The notes under the pieces are model-generated. The model ran no database searches, was not told where the DNA came from, and saw only the letters and a program-made list of their open reading frames with translations. Both the position numbers and the translations under genes were made by a program. Shown here piece by piece: positions 54,801-64,000 of a stretch of 64,000 nucleotides of DNA. Source of the stretch: Rothia mucilaginosa (lineage in GTDB: Bacteria; Actinomycetota; Actinomycetes; Actinomycetales; Micrococcaceae); the NCBI RefSeq assembly GCF_963539245.1, contig NZ_CAUTJW010000010.1; one strand, given 5' to 3'. Within the stretch, counting starts at the first letter, position 1. The number at the start of each line of letters is the position of its first letter.

Positions 54801-55852
54801 TTCGCCTCTACGGCTACAAGAACGGCAACCTCGTTGAGCTCGCCTACTACCCGCTCAACGGTGCCTGGGGTGATGTGGACACCAACATGATGGACACCAA
54901 CACCCTCATCATGGGTGCACCCCTCAAGGACCTGGGCCTGACCAGCGCAAACAACCCGGACATCCAGTACCGAGTTAGCGCAACCACCCAGTACGAGTGG
55001 GGTAACGTCAGCGAAACCGGCTGGATCAAGTACCGCCCCTTCAGCCCCAAGCTGTGGTTCAGCGGTGACTCCTCCGCCGTGGCTGGCCTCCACCCGGATG
55101 CCTCCACCACCACCCTGACGGCGCACCGCTCCGCTGACGCGATCCCCGCACTTGGCGAGTCCGGCGCACCCGCCAAGGCGCTGCTGCTGCACCTGCACAA
55201 CGGCACCGGCGACCTCTCCGGCACCAACGGTGCCAAGGGCAACCGCGCCGAGGTGCTGAACATCAAGGAGCAGCAGACCGAGTACATCACTCCGTCCCGC
55301 TTCACCGATGTGAAGAACACCGACCAGTTCTACACCGAGATTTCTTGGTTGGCTCAGCGCGGCATCACCACCGGCTACACGGACGGCACCTACCGCCCGC
55401 TGGAGTCCGTGGAACGTGGCGCGATGGCGGCGTTCTTCTACCGCATGCAGGGTTCCCCGCAGTTCACCGCCCCCTCCACTCCGAGCTTCAAGGACGTGCC
55501 CACCACGCACCCCTTCTACAAGGAAATTGAGTGGATGAAGGCTCAGGGCATCACCACCGGCTACTCGGACGGCACGTTCCGCCCCTCCGCACCGGTGAAC
55601 CGTGACGCCATGGCTGCGTTCTTCTACCGTGCGGCGGGTTCCCCGCACGTGGATCTGCCCGCGACCAGCCACTTCAGTGACGTGTCTACCGATAACCAGT
55701 TCTACCGTGAAATCACGTGGCTGGCTTCGAAGGGCATCAGCACCGGCTGGCCGGACGGCACCTACCGCCCGGTAACCCCCATTGCCCGCGATGCGATGGC
55801 GGCGTTCATCTACCGCTACACCGAGAAGGTTGCTAACCAGGCCGGCCGCTAG
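51827..55852 (+). CDS. Cell-wall-anchored subtilisin-like S8 serine protease with PA-type insert and three C-terminal SLH repeats, paralog 1
   Basis: The catalytic blocks are AVIDSGIDYTH (Asp), GHGTHVAGTAAG (His) and SGTSMAAPYVTG (Ser). The C-terminus has three repeats of F.DV...FY.EI.W....GI.TG..DGT.RP....R.AMAAF.YR. The start was set at GTG 51827 behind AAGGAG. Confidence 0.9.
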   Translation: MQHTASPNPRGRSHRRRIGSGLLTLSMALSPLAALGTTAHAAEDPDAVKQVLSESMKNASGTVTAFVRFKGKGAFEQTQPAGVLAGTQAPVNRSSQVQAIASQVQSQAQQVSSQSGAQVLYTTHNAVRGVAVRGDAESIKALANRSDVEKISPILPKYRQNAGAAVDAGSLATWTGTTNPAGAGGYTGKGVKIAVIDSGIDYTHTDFGGSGKLEDYEKASKLTELPSADSGLINRTKVAGGYDLVGDAYDGTNTPTPDGNPLDCTTGGHGTHVAGTAAGYGVNADGSTFTGDYSKLTAEQLKTMKIGPGVAPEAEIYAFRVFGCSGSTNVVIEALDRTLDPNGDGDFSDRANVVNMSLGGEFSPQDDPEAYAVDALTRAGVLSVISAGNANDYSLRGDTYSNSGHPATASSAITVANAYGSTRAVDAAELTDPATGTTRKVRGDYSVSYPWAQAGSKEFTGEVTAISENNRYACNALSATEAAAVKGKWVLIDWAEANGDLTCGSKVRFDNLEAAGAKGVLLAGHDEEPGLGIAGNDTLPGFRLAASAAKDLRAQITAAEAAGKPLTVRLGNDLKSSLRVDTDKLDQLNPMSARGFHGSYGYTKPDIAAPGSYITSAAVATGNNSVTFSGTSMAAPYVTGSAALVMQSHPTYTPAQVKSALMNTATHDVRTESGAAYAVDRVGAGRVDTLAAVQSKSLVYNADKSGTVSLSFGVLEYAPDAGVQTLTREVTVENTDSVAHTYALSYAESTNIPGVEYSFPSSVTLAPGETKKFELSVRIDPSKLEKTRDAAMDATQNATDYYTGKETVPAQYRQYIASASGRLVLTEDGTKALRLPIHVAPKPVSTMHAAEDTVTFAQKPSSDEAQKADTGWTKSQISLRGTEVNQGGYRSLLGAFEYGASVDRVAPTSLSLNSNVKANLQYVGASSDAPALKAAGGNADDGTLRFGISTWANWDVVSYENTFTVEIDTDGNNRADYKLVTDRAKGLDYPLVRLYGYKNGNLVELAYYPLNGAWGDVDTNMMDTNTLIMGAPLKDLGLTSANNPDIQYRVSATTQYEWGNVSETGWIKYRPFSPKLWFSGDSSAVAGLHPDASTTTLTAHRSADAIPALGESGAPAKALLLHLHNGTGDLSGTNGAKGNRAEVLNIKEQQTEYITPSRFTDVKNTDQFYTEISWLAQRGITTGYTDGTYRPLESVERGAMAAFFYRMQGSPQFTAPSTPSFKDVPTTHPFYKEIEWMKAQGITTGYSDGTFRPSAPVNRDAMAAFFYRAAGSPHVDLPATSHFSDVSTDNQFYREITWLASKGISTGWPDGTYRPVTPIARDAMAAFIYRYTEKVANQAGR

Positions 55853-56114
55853 ACGGTAGTGAACCGTTAGCGAACAGTTCGGGTTCCCTCCTGCCCCCTG
55901 CATGGGGTGGGAGGGACACCCGGAACCGGCAGGCTCCGGGGCCTGAAGATCCCGGTGCCTCTTAAGTTCCGGAGTCTCTCAAGTTTTGGTGGCGGTTTCA
56001 CCGGCGGACGCACTCACTCGTCGTCTGCCGGTGGGGCCGCCTCCGCACATCACCGATATACAACCACAGAGCACACAGCACTATCGAAAAACAGATAATC
56101 CGAAGGAGGATTCC

Positions 56115-59100
56115 ATGACAACGCCTCATGCGCCACGCCGCAGAATGAAGGCTGTCGGTGCGACCGGTTTGAGTGCGGCTCTTGCCCTTACTCTCGGCGT
56201 TCCCGCCACTTTCTCTGCAGCTCACGCTCAGAGCCCCCAGCAGGTCGAAGGAAGTACTGCGAGCGCATCCGGTAACGCTGCTTCGCGTATCAGCCCGGGT
56301 CTGCAGAAGGCTGAAGGCCAGATCACCGTGTACGTGCAGTTCAAGGGCAAGGGCGCGTATGAGCAGACCCAGTCCGCGCCTGTTCTGGCACGTAAGGAGG
56401 CGCCGGCGAACCGTCAGGCGCAGGTGCAGGCTATTGCAGCCCAGGTGCAGTCGCAGGCTCAGTCTGTGGCGGCCGCTTCTGGTTCGAAGCTGATGTACAC
56501 CACGCATAATGCTATGCGTGGTGCGGCGATTACTGGTGATGCTGCGCAGATTCGTGCGTTGGCGGAGCGCCCGGATGTGGAGCGTATTTCGCCGATTATC
56601 GCGAAGGAACGCATGAACTCCGGTAGCGAGATTGATACGAAGACTCTTGCTACGTGGACTCGTGAAAATACGGGGTACACGGGTAAGGGCGTGAAGATTG
56701 CGATTGTTGACTCCGGTGTTGACTACACGCACGCTGATTTTGGTGGCCCGGGTACGGTGGATTCGTACCTGAAGGCTAAGGCGATGACGGAGCTTCCGTC
56801 CGCTGATTCGGGTCTGATTGATCGTAATAAGTTCATTGGCGGCATTGACCTGGTCGGTGATGACTACAATGCGTCGGTACCTGAGAAGTCAACTCCGCAG
56901 CCGGATAATAACCCGCTGGACTGCCGTCCGGATGGTTTCGGTTCTGGCGGTCACGGCACCCACGTGGCGGGTACTGCCGCCGGTTATGGTGTGACGGCGA
57001 ACGGTACGACTTACCGTGGCGATTACAAGAACCTGACGGAGGAGCAGCTGAAGGGCATGTCCATTGGCCCCGGTACTGCTCCTGATGCTCAGATTTTGGC
57101 GATTCGCGTGTTCGGTTGCTACGGCAATTCGAGTGTTGTGATGAAGGCGCTTGATACCGTGATGGACCCGAATGGTGACGGTGATTTCTCTGACCGCGCC
57201 GACATCGTGAACCTGTCGCTCGGTGGCGAATTCGCCCCGGCTGACGACCCTGAGTCGTACATGATTAATACGATGGCGCGCCAGGGTGTGTTCACTGTCG
57301 CCGCTGCCGGTAACGCCAATAACTACAACGGTGTGGGTGACACCTACTCTGATTCGGGTAGCCCCGCGAATGCGGCTGCCGCACTGTCGGTGGCGAACGC
57401 CTACGGCTCCACTCAGCCGATTGACCGTGTCCGCGTGACCACGAAGACTGGTTTGGAGTGGTTGCAGGGTGATTATTCGGTGAACTTCGATTATTCGAAG
57501 GCTACCGCTGATCAGCTGCGCGGCGAGGTTGTTGCCGCGCCGAAGCGTAACCGTTACGCTTGCGAGGCTTTCACCGCTGAAGAGGCGAAGGCTTTGAAGG
57601 GTAAGTGGGTTTACTTCGAGTGGGATCAGGACGATTTGACGTTCCCGTGCGGTTCGAAGACGCGTTTCGATAACGTTCAGGCTGCCGGCGGTGTTGGCGT
57701 GGTGATGGCCGGTAAGGCTGAGCGCTACACGATCGGCATTGGTGGTAATGCGACTATTCCGGGTCTGCGTCTGACTGCTTCTTCGACGAAGGACCTGGAG
57801 AAGGCTCTGGCTGCCGGTCCGGTGACCGTTGAGATGAACCTGGACTACAAGGCTTCGGGTCGTAGCTCCCACTCGCACGCTTTTGATCTGAATTCTTCGA
57901 GTGCTCGCGGTCAGCACGGTTCTGACGGCTTCATTAAGCCTGACCTTGCGGCGCCGGGTACTGAGATTGTGTCTGCCGCTGTGGGTATGGGTAATAAGGG
58001 TGTTTCCTTCACCGGTACCTCCATGGCGACCCCGCATGTTGCCGGTGTTGCCGCTCTGGTGATGCAGGCGCATCAGGATTACAACCCGCAGATGATTAAG
58101 GCTGCGCTGATGAACGGCGCGTCCACCCCGATCAAGAATGAGCAGGGTGCGCAGTACGCGGTGGATCGTGTGGGTACGGGCATGGTGAATGCTCGCGCCG
58201 CCGTGGACGCGAAGGTTATCGCGTACGATGCGAAGACCCCCGAGCGTGTTTCAACCGCGTTTGGTGTGTTGGAGTACACCCCCGATTCGGGTATTCAGAC
58301 TGTTCAGCGTGAAATCGTTCTGGACAACACCGATTCACAGGCTCACACCTACACTCTGAGCTACGAGGCAAGCACGACCATCCCGGGCGTGGAGTACTCC
58401 TACCCGCAGCAGGTGAGCGTGGGTGCCGGTGAGCGTAAGAACGTGACCGTGACCGTGCGTATTGACCCGTCCAAGCTGGAGAAGACCATGGACCCGGCGA
58501 TGAGCCCGGACCACGTTGCTCAGGACTGGACGACCGGTAAGACTCTGGCTGCTGGTAAGCGCCAGTACATTGCGAGCGCTTCTGGTCGCCTGATTTTCTC
58601 TGAGAATGGCCGCGAGGCGATCCGCCAGTCGATTCACGTGGCACCGAAGCCTGTCTCCGCGATGCGCGTTGATGCGTCCCGCATTGATTACAAGGGCACT
58701 GCCGATAAGGAGTCCACGGTGACTCTGCGCGGTACGACCCTGAACCAGGGTGGTTACCGTTCGCTGCTGGGTGCGTTTGAGCTGGGTGCGGTCAGCGACC
58801 GTATTCCGTCCGGTCAGCTGAAGCTGCCGTCAAACCAGTCTGTTGACCTGCAGTATGTGGGTGCCGCCTCGGACGCTCCGGCGTTGAAGGCTGCCGGCAA
58901 GAACCCGAACGATGGTTCTCTGTTCTTCGGTATTTCGACCTGGGGCACCTGGGACAGCATGCACTGGGGCCGTCAGGTACAGGTGCAGATCGATACGAAC
59001 AACGACTCTGCCGCAGATTACGTTCTGGAAGTGACCCGCGAGAAGGGTCTGGACTACCCGCTGGTGAAGGTCTGGTCCATCTCCGGTAACGCATCCACCG

Positions 59101-60101
59101 TGGTGGCTCGCTACCCGCTCAACAGTGCCTGGGGCGACACCGACACCAACATCATGGACACCAACACCATGATTCTGGGTGTGCCGCTGAAGGACCTGGG
59201 CCTGACCGCTGAGAAGGCTCAGACCATCAAGTACACGGTGCAGACCGACACCTGGTACAACGATGGCAACCCCTACGTGGACACCACCTCGGCTATCGAG
59301 TACTCCCCCTTCAACCCCGGTGTTTGGTTCACCGGTGAGGAGTCGGGCGTGCCCGGCCTGTTCGTGGACCGTGACGGCGGTCAGCTGACCGTTCACCGCA
59401 AGAACAACAACAAGGAGCGTCAGGCTCTGTTCCTGCACATGCACAACGCGACCGGTGACCTGAGCGGCCGTAAGACCGCTAACGGTGTTGCCGCTGGCGA
59501 CCGTGCGCAGGTCGTGAAGGTGGCTCGCACCATCCACGATGCACGCTTCACCGACGTTCCGGCGGATAACCAGTTCTACCGTGAAATCACGTGGATTGCT
59601 GCCCGTCAGATTGACCGCGGCTACCAGGACGGCACCTTCCGCCCGCTGAACAACATGGACCGTGCAACCATGGCTGCGTACTTCTACCGCATGAGCGGCT
59701 CGCCGCAGTACACCGCACCGTCCACCCCGAGCTTCTCGGATGTTCCGCTCAACCACCCCTACTACAAGGAGATTGAGTGGATGAAGGCTCAGGGCATCAC
59801 GACCGGTTGGCCCGATGGTACGTACCGTCCGGAGGGTTCAGTGAACCGTGACGCGATGGCTGCGTTCTTCTACCGTTACGCGGGTTCGCCCGAGTACACT
59901 GCCCCCGCGCAGGCTCGTTTCACGGACGTTCCGACCGATAAGCAGTTCTACCGCGAAATTTCGTGGCTGGCTGAGCAGGGCGTGACCACCGGCTGGCCCG
60001 ATGGTTCGTTCCGCCCCGTGGAACCGGTACACCGTGACGCTATGGCGGCGTTCGTGTACCGCTACAGCACGGGTGTGCTGAAGGAAAGCCCTGAAATCTA
60101 A
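56115..60101 (+). CDS. S8 serine protease with SLH repeats, paralog 2
   Basis: AIVDSGVDYTH, GHGTHVAGTAAG, TGTSMATPHVAG and three SLH-like repeats are present. ATG 56115 lies behind GAAGGAGG. Confidence 0.9.
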   Translation: MTTPHAPRRRMKAVGATGLSAALALTLGVPATFSAAHAQSPQQVEGSTASASGNAASRISPGLQKAEGQITVYVQFKGKGAYEQTQSAPVLARKEAPANRQAQVQAIAAQVQSQAQSVAAASGSKLMYTTHNAMRGAAITGDAAQIRALAERPDVERISPIIAKERMNSGSEIDTKTLATWTRENTGYTGKGVKIAIVDSGVDYTHADFGGPGTVDSYLKAKAMTELPSADSGLIDRNKFIGGIDLVGDDYNASVPEKSTPQPDNNPLDCRPDGFGSGGHGTHVAGTAAGYGVTANGTTYRGDYKNLTEEQLKGMSIGPGTAPDAQILAIRVFGCYGNSSVVMKALDTVMDPNGDGDFSDRADIVNLSLGGEFAPADDPESYMINTMARQGVFTVAAAGNANNYNGVGDTYSDSGSPANAAAALSVANAYGSTQPIDRVRVTTKTGLEWLQGDYSVNFDYSKATADQLRGEVVAAPKRNRYACEAFTAEEAKALKGKWVYFEWDQDDLTFPCGSKTRFDNVQAAGGVGVVMAGKAERYTIGIGGNATIPGLRLTASSTKDLEKALAAGPVTVEMNLDYKASGRSSHSHAFDLNSSSARGQHGSDGFIKPDLAAPGTEIVSAAVGMGNKGVSFTGTSMATPHVAGVAALVMQAHQDYNPQMIKAALMNGASTPIKNEQGAQYAVDRVGTGMVNARAAVDAKVIAYDAKTPERVSTAFGVLEYTPDSGIQTVQREIVLDNTDSQAHTYTLSYEASTTIPGVEYSYPQQVSVGAGERKNVTVTVRIDPSKLEKTMDPAMSPDHVAQDWTTGKTLAAGKRQYIASASGRLIFSENGREAIRQSIHVAPKPVSAMRVDASRIDYKGTADKESTVTLRGTTLNQGGYRSLLGAFELGAVSDRIPSGQLKLPSNQSVDLQYVGAASDAPALKAAGKNPNDGSLFFGISTWGTWDSMHWGRQVQVQIDTNNDSAADYVLEVTREKGLDYPLVKVWSISGNASTVVARYPLNSAWGDTDTNIMDTNTMILGVPLKDLGLTAEKAQTIKYTVQTDTWYNDGNPYVDTTSAIEYSPFNPGVWFTGEESGVPGLFVDRDGGQLTVHRKNNNKERQALFLHMHNATGDLSGRKTANGVAAGDRAQVVKVARTIHDARFTDVPADNQFYREITWIAARQIDRGYQDGTFRPLNNMDRATMAAYFYRMSGSPQYTAPSTPSFSDVPLNHPYYKEIEWMKAQGITTGWPDGTYRPEGSVNRDAMAAFFYRYAGSPEYTAPAQARFTDVPTDKQFYREISWLAEQGVTTGWPDGSFRPVEPVHRDAMAAFVYRYSTGVLKESPEI

Positions 60102-60151
60102 GGGTTCGTAAGGTTCTACCGCTGTAGGTGCTTACCTCAAGGTTGTACCGA

Positions 60152-60200
60152 GGGAGCCGTGCCGTTGCAGTTTATCTGCGGCGGTGCGGCTCCCTTTTTT
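60152..60200 (+). terminator. Rho-independent terminator
   Basis: The hairpin is GGGAGCCG...CGGCTCCC followed by TTTTTT. Confidence 0.8.
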
Positions 60201-60465
60201 GTGGCCGAGTACTTTCTATTGACGCGTAATGTTCCGTAATACGAGTCTGACTAGGTTATATAAAGAATCGTTGAGACAATGAATGAAGGTTTCTTCACCA
60301 GGCGGCATGAACCTTGACGTTCACGCCACACAGACGCACTGGAGACGCACCGAAGCACTCTCGGTGCAGAACCCTTGCCGTACAGCTCTCCGAGCAGAAC
60401 TCTCGGCGCAGAACCTCGGTACAGAAACCGCTAAGAAACGCACCATCACTAAAAAGGAGCATTCA

Positions 60466-63400
60466 GTGGCAACCTTCCCTGAAGCTACCCCCGCGCGAGC
60501 AGCCCGGCACACACAGCCGGGCCGCCTCAAGCAGCTGGCACGCAGCTGCGGCGCACTTACCCTGGGGCTCACCCTCGGGCTGACCGCCCTGCCGTTCGGT
60601 ACTGCCGCCTACGCGGCACCGGGCGTAGTACACGGCGCAGACCGGGACGCACCCCACCATGACACCGGCACCGGCGAGAACAACAACGAAGTTCTCTCCC
60701 CCAGCCTGGACGGCGCCACCGGCGAACGCGCCGTGTTCGTCCGCTTTAAGGGCCAGGGCGCATACGCCCAGACCCAGCCGGACGCGGTCCGCTCCCGCGC
60801 GCAGGCACCCGTCAACGCGCAAGCACAGGTGCAGGCAATCCGAGCCAGCGTGCAGCAGCAGGGCGCCTCCGCGGCGAAGGAATCCGGCGCGCAGGTCCTG
60901 TACACCACCCACAACACGATGCGCGGCGTGGCACTCTACGGTAACGTCGAGCAGATTCGTGCGCTCGCAAACCGTGACGATGTGGAACGCATCAGCATCA
61001 TTGAGGACATGGCACCGCAGAACAGCGGCACCCTCCTCGATACGGACACGCTCTCCGTGTGGGCGAAGAGCCCGGCGAACCCCGCCTCCACCGGTTACAC
61101 CGGCAAAGGCGTGAAGATTGTCGTGCTCGATACCGGTATCGACTACACTCACGCCGATTTGGGTGGCCCCGGCACGCAGGAGGCCTTCGAGAAGGCGAAG
61201 GCATCCGACACGATTCCCGAGGGCAGCTACGATCCGAAGAAGTTCCTCGGCGGCTACGACCTGGTCGGTGACGACTACAACTCCGCTAAGAAGGAGACCT
61301 CCACCCCACGCCCGGATGCTAACCCGCTTGACTGCGGCGGCCACGGCAGCCACGTGGCGGGTACAGCGGCAGGCTACGGCGTGAACGCGGACGGCTCGAC
61401 CTTCCACGGCGACTACTCCAAGCTCACCGAAGAGCAGCTCAAGGACATGAAGATCGGCCCCGGCTCCGCACCGGACGCCCAGCTGATTGGCCTGCGCATC
61501 TTCGGTTGTAAGGGCACTACCGCGTTCGTCCCCAAGGGCCTAGACCGCGTGCTTGACCCCAACGATGACGGCGACTTCTCGGACCGCGCCGACATCGCAA
61601 ACCTGTCGCTCGGTAACGAGTTCGGCGTGTTCGATGAGACCGTGAACTACGCGGTCGGCTCCCTCTACCGCGAGGGCATCCTCTCCGTGGTTGCGGCGGG
61701 TAACGCCAACAACTACAACGCCGTGGGCGACACCTACTCCAACTCGGGCGGCCCCGGCACCAGCGCCTACGGCCTGACCGTGGCGAACTCCATCGGCTCA
61801 ACCCAGCTGGTGGACCGCGTAAAGATTCTCGCCCCCGCGAACGAGGCAGACACCTACGGCGACTACTCGGTGAACTTCGACTACGCAAAGGCGACCAAGG
61901 AGCAACTGCGCGGCACGGTGGTGCGTGCCGCCTCCCGCAACCGCTACGGCTGTGAAGCATTCACCGAAGAGGAAGCCGCCGCTCTGAAGGGCAAGTGGGC
62001 TCTCATCGACTGGGCGGACGCTGACGGCTCCGCACCGTGCGGTTCGAAGGTGCGCTTCGACAACCTGCAGGCGGCGGGTGCAACCGGCGTGGTGCTCACC
62101 TCGAACACTGAGGTCGGTGACACCGCTATCGGCGGTAACTCCTCCATTCCGGGCGTGCGTCTGTCAAAGAGCCAGGTGGACCGCCTTTCCGCGCAGATTG
62201 ATTCGGGTGAGCTGACCCTGCAGCTCGGCGAAAACCTGCGCGACTCGATCCGCGTGCCCAACGGCAAGCTGGATCAGGCGAACACCTCCACCGCGCGTGG
62301 CCTGCACGGTTCGCACGGCATCACCAAGCCGGACGTTGCGGCACCGGGCACGAACATTTCCTCCATCGAGGTTGGTAGCGGCACCGGTTCGAGCGTGAAG
62401 ACTGGTACGTCCATGTCCACACCCTTTGTTGCCGGTGTTGCGGCGCTAATTATGCAGGCGCACCCGGAGTACGGTCCGCGCATGATTAAGACCGCTATCA
62501 TGAACACCGCCGACCACCACATGCAGGACGCCTGGGGCAACCCCTACGCGGTGGATCGTGTGGGTACCGGCCGCATTAACACGCGTGCGGCGGTGGCTGA
62601 CCGCGTCATGCTGTTCAACGCGGCACGCCCCGAACAGGTTTCTGACACTTTCGGCGTGCTCGAGTACACCCCGAACGCCGGCGTGCAGACCCTGCAGCAC
62701 CGCGTGAGCGTCGAGAACACCGACTCGGTGGCGCACACCTACACCCTGAACTATGAGGGCAGCACGAGCATCCCCGGTGTGGAGTTCTCCTACCCGCAGT
62801 CGGTGTCTGTGGGTGCCGGCCAGAAGGCAACGTTCACCGTGACCGTGCGTATTGACCCGTCGAAGCTGGAAAAGACCCGCGACCCGTCCATGTACCCGAC
62901 CCAGGATTCGGTGAACTACTCGACCGGTACGGTGACCATTTCGGGCGCCCGCCAGTACATTGCGAGCGCTTCGGGCCGCCTGATCCTGACCGATGCTGAC
63001 TCTTCGGCTACGGTGAAGACCCTGCGCATGCCGCTGCATGTGGCACCGAAGCCTGTCTCCGCGATGCGTGTGGCTGGCTCCGATATCGCCTTCGATGCGG
63101 AGGGTTCCGGCGCGACCGAGCAGACCCTGACCCTGCAGGGTACCGCGGTGGATCAGGGCGGTTACCGCTCCCTGCTGGGTGCTTTTGAGCTGGGCGCTTC
63201 GAGCCCGCGCATCCCGACCGCGAAGCTGGGTATCGGCTCGGATTCCCGCATGGACCTGCAGTACGTGGGTGCCGCCTCGAACGTGGCTGAGTTGAAGGCT
63301 GCCGGTGCGGACACCTCTAACGCGCGCCTGTCCTTCGGTATTTCCACCTGGGGTAACTGGCAGGAGGTGACCCCGCGCGGCTCCTACTACGTGTTCGTTG

Positions 63401-64000
63401 ATACCAACAAGGACGGCACGAGCGACTACCGCCTGCAGACGGTGCGTGAGAAGGGCCTGGACTACCCGCTGGTGAAGGTTTCTAAGCGCAGCAACGGCAA
63501 GTGGGTGGCCATTGAGAACGGCCTGTACCCGCTGAACGGCACCTGGGGTGATACGGACACCAACATCATGGATTCGAACACCCTGGTGATGACTGTTCCG
63601 CTGAGCGTTCTGGGTCTGGATCCGAACGCCGAGTCCACTGAGATTTCGTACTCGGTGACCACTTCTAGTGCGTTCTCCGCTACGACCGTGGTTGATACGA
63701 CTGATTCGGTGGTGTTCAACTATGCGACGCCGAAGCTGTGGTTCAGCGGCGATTCAGCGGGCGTGCCGAACCTGTTCGTGGATGCGCCGGGTGCCGCTCT
63801 GACGGCTCACCGTAGCGCGGAGGCGAAGGGGTCGGCTCTGTTCTTGCACCTGCACAATGCGACCGGTGACCTCTCGGGTGTGAACGGTGCAGCCGGTGAG
63901 CGCGCACAGGTTCTGCCTGTATCGATGGCTTCCGAGGCTCCTGCCGAGAACGCGCATTTCAAGGATGTGCCGGCGGACTATCCGTTCGTGAATGACATTA
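60466..64000 (+). CDS. S8 serine protease, paralog 3 (3' end outside the window)
   Basis: It is not in the ORF track because it runs off the edge. Hand translation from GTG 60466 (behind AAAAAGGAG) gives the signal LTLGLTALPFGTAAYA, then VVLDTGIDYTH, GHGSHVAGTAAG and TGTSMSTPFVAG. The first SLH-like FKDVPADYPF starts at about 63958. Confidence 0.85.
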   Translation, partial: MATFPEATPARAARHTQPGRLKQLARSCGALTLGLTLGLTALPFGTAAYAAPGVVHGADRDAPHHDTGTGENNNEVLSPSLDGATGERAVFVRFKGQGAYAQTQPDAVRSRAQAPVNAQAQVQAIRASVQQQGASAAKESGAQVLYTTHNTMRGVALYGNVEQIRALANRDDVERISIIEDMAPQNSGTLLDTDTLSVWAKSPANPASTGYTGKGVKIVVLDTGIDYTHADLGGPGTQEAFEKAKASDTIPEGSYDPKKFLGGYDLVGDDYNSAKKETSTPRPDANPLDCGGHGSHVAGTAAGYGVNADGSTFHGDYSKLTEEQLKDMKIGPGSAPDAQLIGLRIFGCKGTTAFVPKGLDRVLDPNDDGDFSDRADIANLSLGNEFGVFDETVNYAVGSLYREGILSVVAAGNANNYNAVGDTYSNSGGPGTSAYGLTVANSIGSTQLVDRVKILAPANEADTYGDYSVNFDYAKATKEQLRGTVVRAASRNRYGCEAFTEEEAAALKGKWALIDWADADGSAPCGSKVRFDNLQAAGATGVVLTSNTEVGDTAIGGNSSIPGVRLSKSQVDRLSAQIDSGELTLQLGENLRDSIRVPNGKLDQANTSTARGLHGSHGITKPDVAAPGTNISSIEVGSGTGSSVKTGTSMSTPFVAGVAALIMQAHPEYGPRMIKTAIMNTADHHMQDAWGNPYAVDRVGTGRINTRAAVADRVMLFNAARPEQVSDTFGVLEYTPNAGVQTLQHRVSVENTDSVAHTYTLNYEGSTSIPGVEFSYPQSVSVGAGQKATFTVTVRIDPSKLEKTRDPSMYPTQDSVNYSTGTVTISGARQYIASASGRLILTDADSSATVKTLRMPLHVAPKPVSAMRVAGSDIAFDAEGSGATEQTLTLQGTAVDQGGYRSLLGAFELGASSPRIPTAKLGIGSDSRMDLQYVGAASNVAELKAAGADTSNARLSFGISTWGNWQEVTPRGSYYVFVDTNKDGTSDYRLQTVREKGLDYPLVKVSKRSNGKWVAIENGLYPLNGTWGDTDTNIMDSNTLVMTVPLSVLGLDPNAESTEISYSVTTSSAFSATTVVDTTDSVVFNYATPKLWFSGDSAGVPNLFVDAPGAALTAHRSAEAKGSALFLHLHNATGDLSGVNGAAGERAQVLPVSMASEAPAENAHFKDVPADYPFVNDI

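Noticed and set aside
52289-55903. A 1204-codon ORF antisense to S8 protease paralog 1, and similar ORFs antisense to paralogs 2 and 3.
   Set aside because: The cause is the same. The sense strand encodes an intact catalytic triad and SLH repeats, whereas the antisense translation is a G/V/A/H-rich repeat with no features.
1-64000. tRNA, rRNA, tmRNA, transposase, integrase or phage structural genes.
   Set aside because: I found no T-loop-type GGTTCGAATCC motif, no rRNA-like conserved blocks, and no DDE, tyrosine- or serine-recombinase signatures in any listed ORF. A tRNAscan/Infernal/ISfinder run would be needed to be certain.

Overview
High-GC actinobacterial chromosomal segment. Sampled coding lines are about 63% G+C. 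Gene content and three very large SLH-anchored S8 subtilisins suggest a Micrococcaceae/Rothia-like oral actinobacterium, but this is inference only.

Core content:
- Tandem NCS2 purine permeases.
- A sulfur/methionine neighbourhood: LLM monooxygenase, Ssu-type ABC importer, acs, a polar amino-acid (cystine-type) ABC importer with two binding proteins, two Cys/Met PLP enzymes, and metY plus a CoA-binding protein.
- ahpCD, an MFS exporter, siderophore ABC parts, corA and purA.
- Three paralogous membrane proteins, followed by three tandem ~1340-aa S8 proteases.

I recognise three SAM-clan riboswitches. One SAM-IV and one SAM-I-like element sit back to back in a single divergent intergenic region. 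A second SAM-I-like element sits directly in front of acs.

Accessory material:
1. An excisionase-HTH plus nucleotidyltransferase (AbiE-like) two-gene cassette, bracketed by two copies of one terminator hairpin.
2. A GNAT cassette bracketed by a ~90-bp duplication of the ahpD 3' end and terminator.
3. A ~0.9-kb Firmicutes-like insert next to a metalloprotease gene remnant.
4. A ~1.8-kb island of roughly one-third G+C. It carries a lone ApeA/HEPN-like gene preceded by two symmetric arrays of the octamer TCATAACA, and is followed by two DUF1963 paralogs.
5. A ~2.8-kb low-GC island with a beta-helix protein and an SLH-like protein.

I recognised no rRNA, tRNA, CRISPR array, transposase or integrase. 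All family assignments come from reading motifs by eye; no database search was run.
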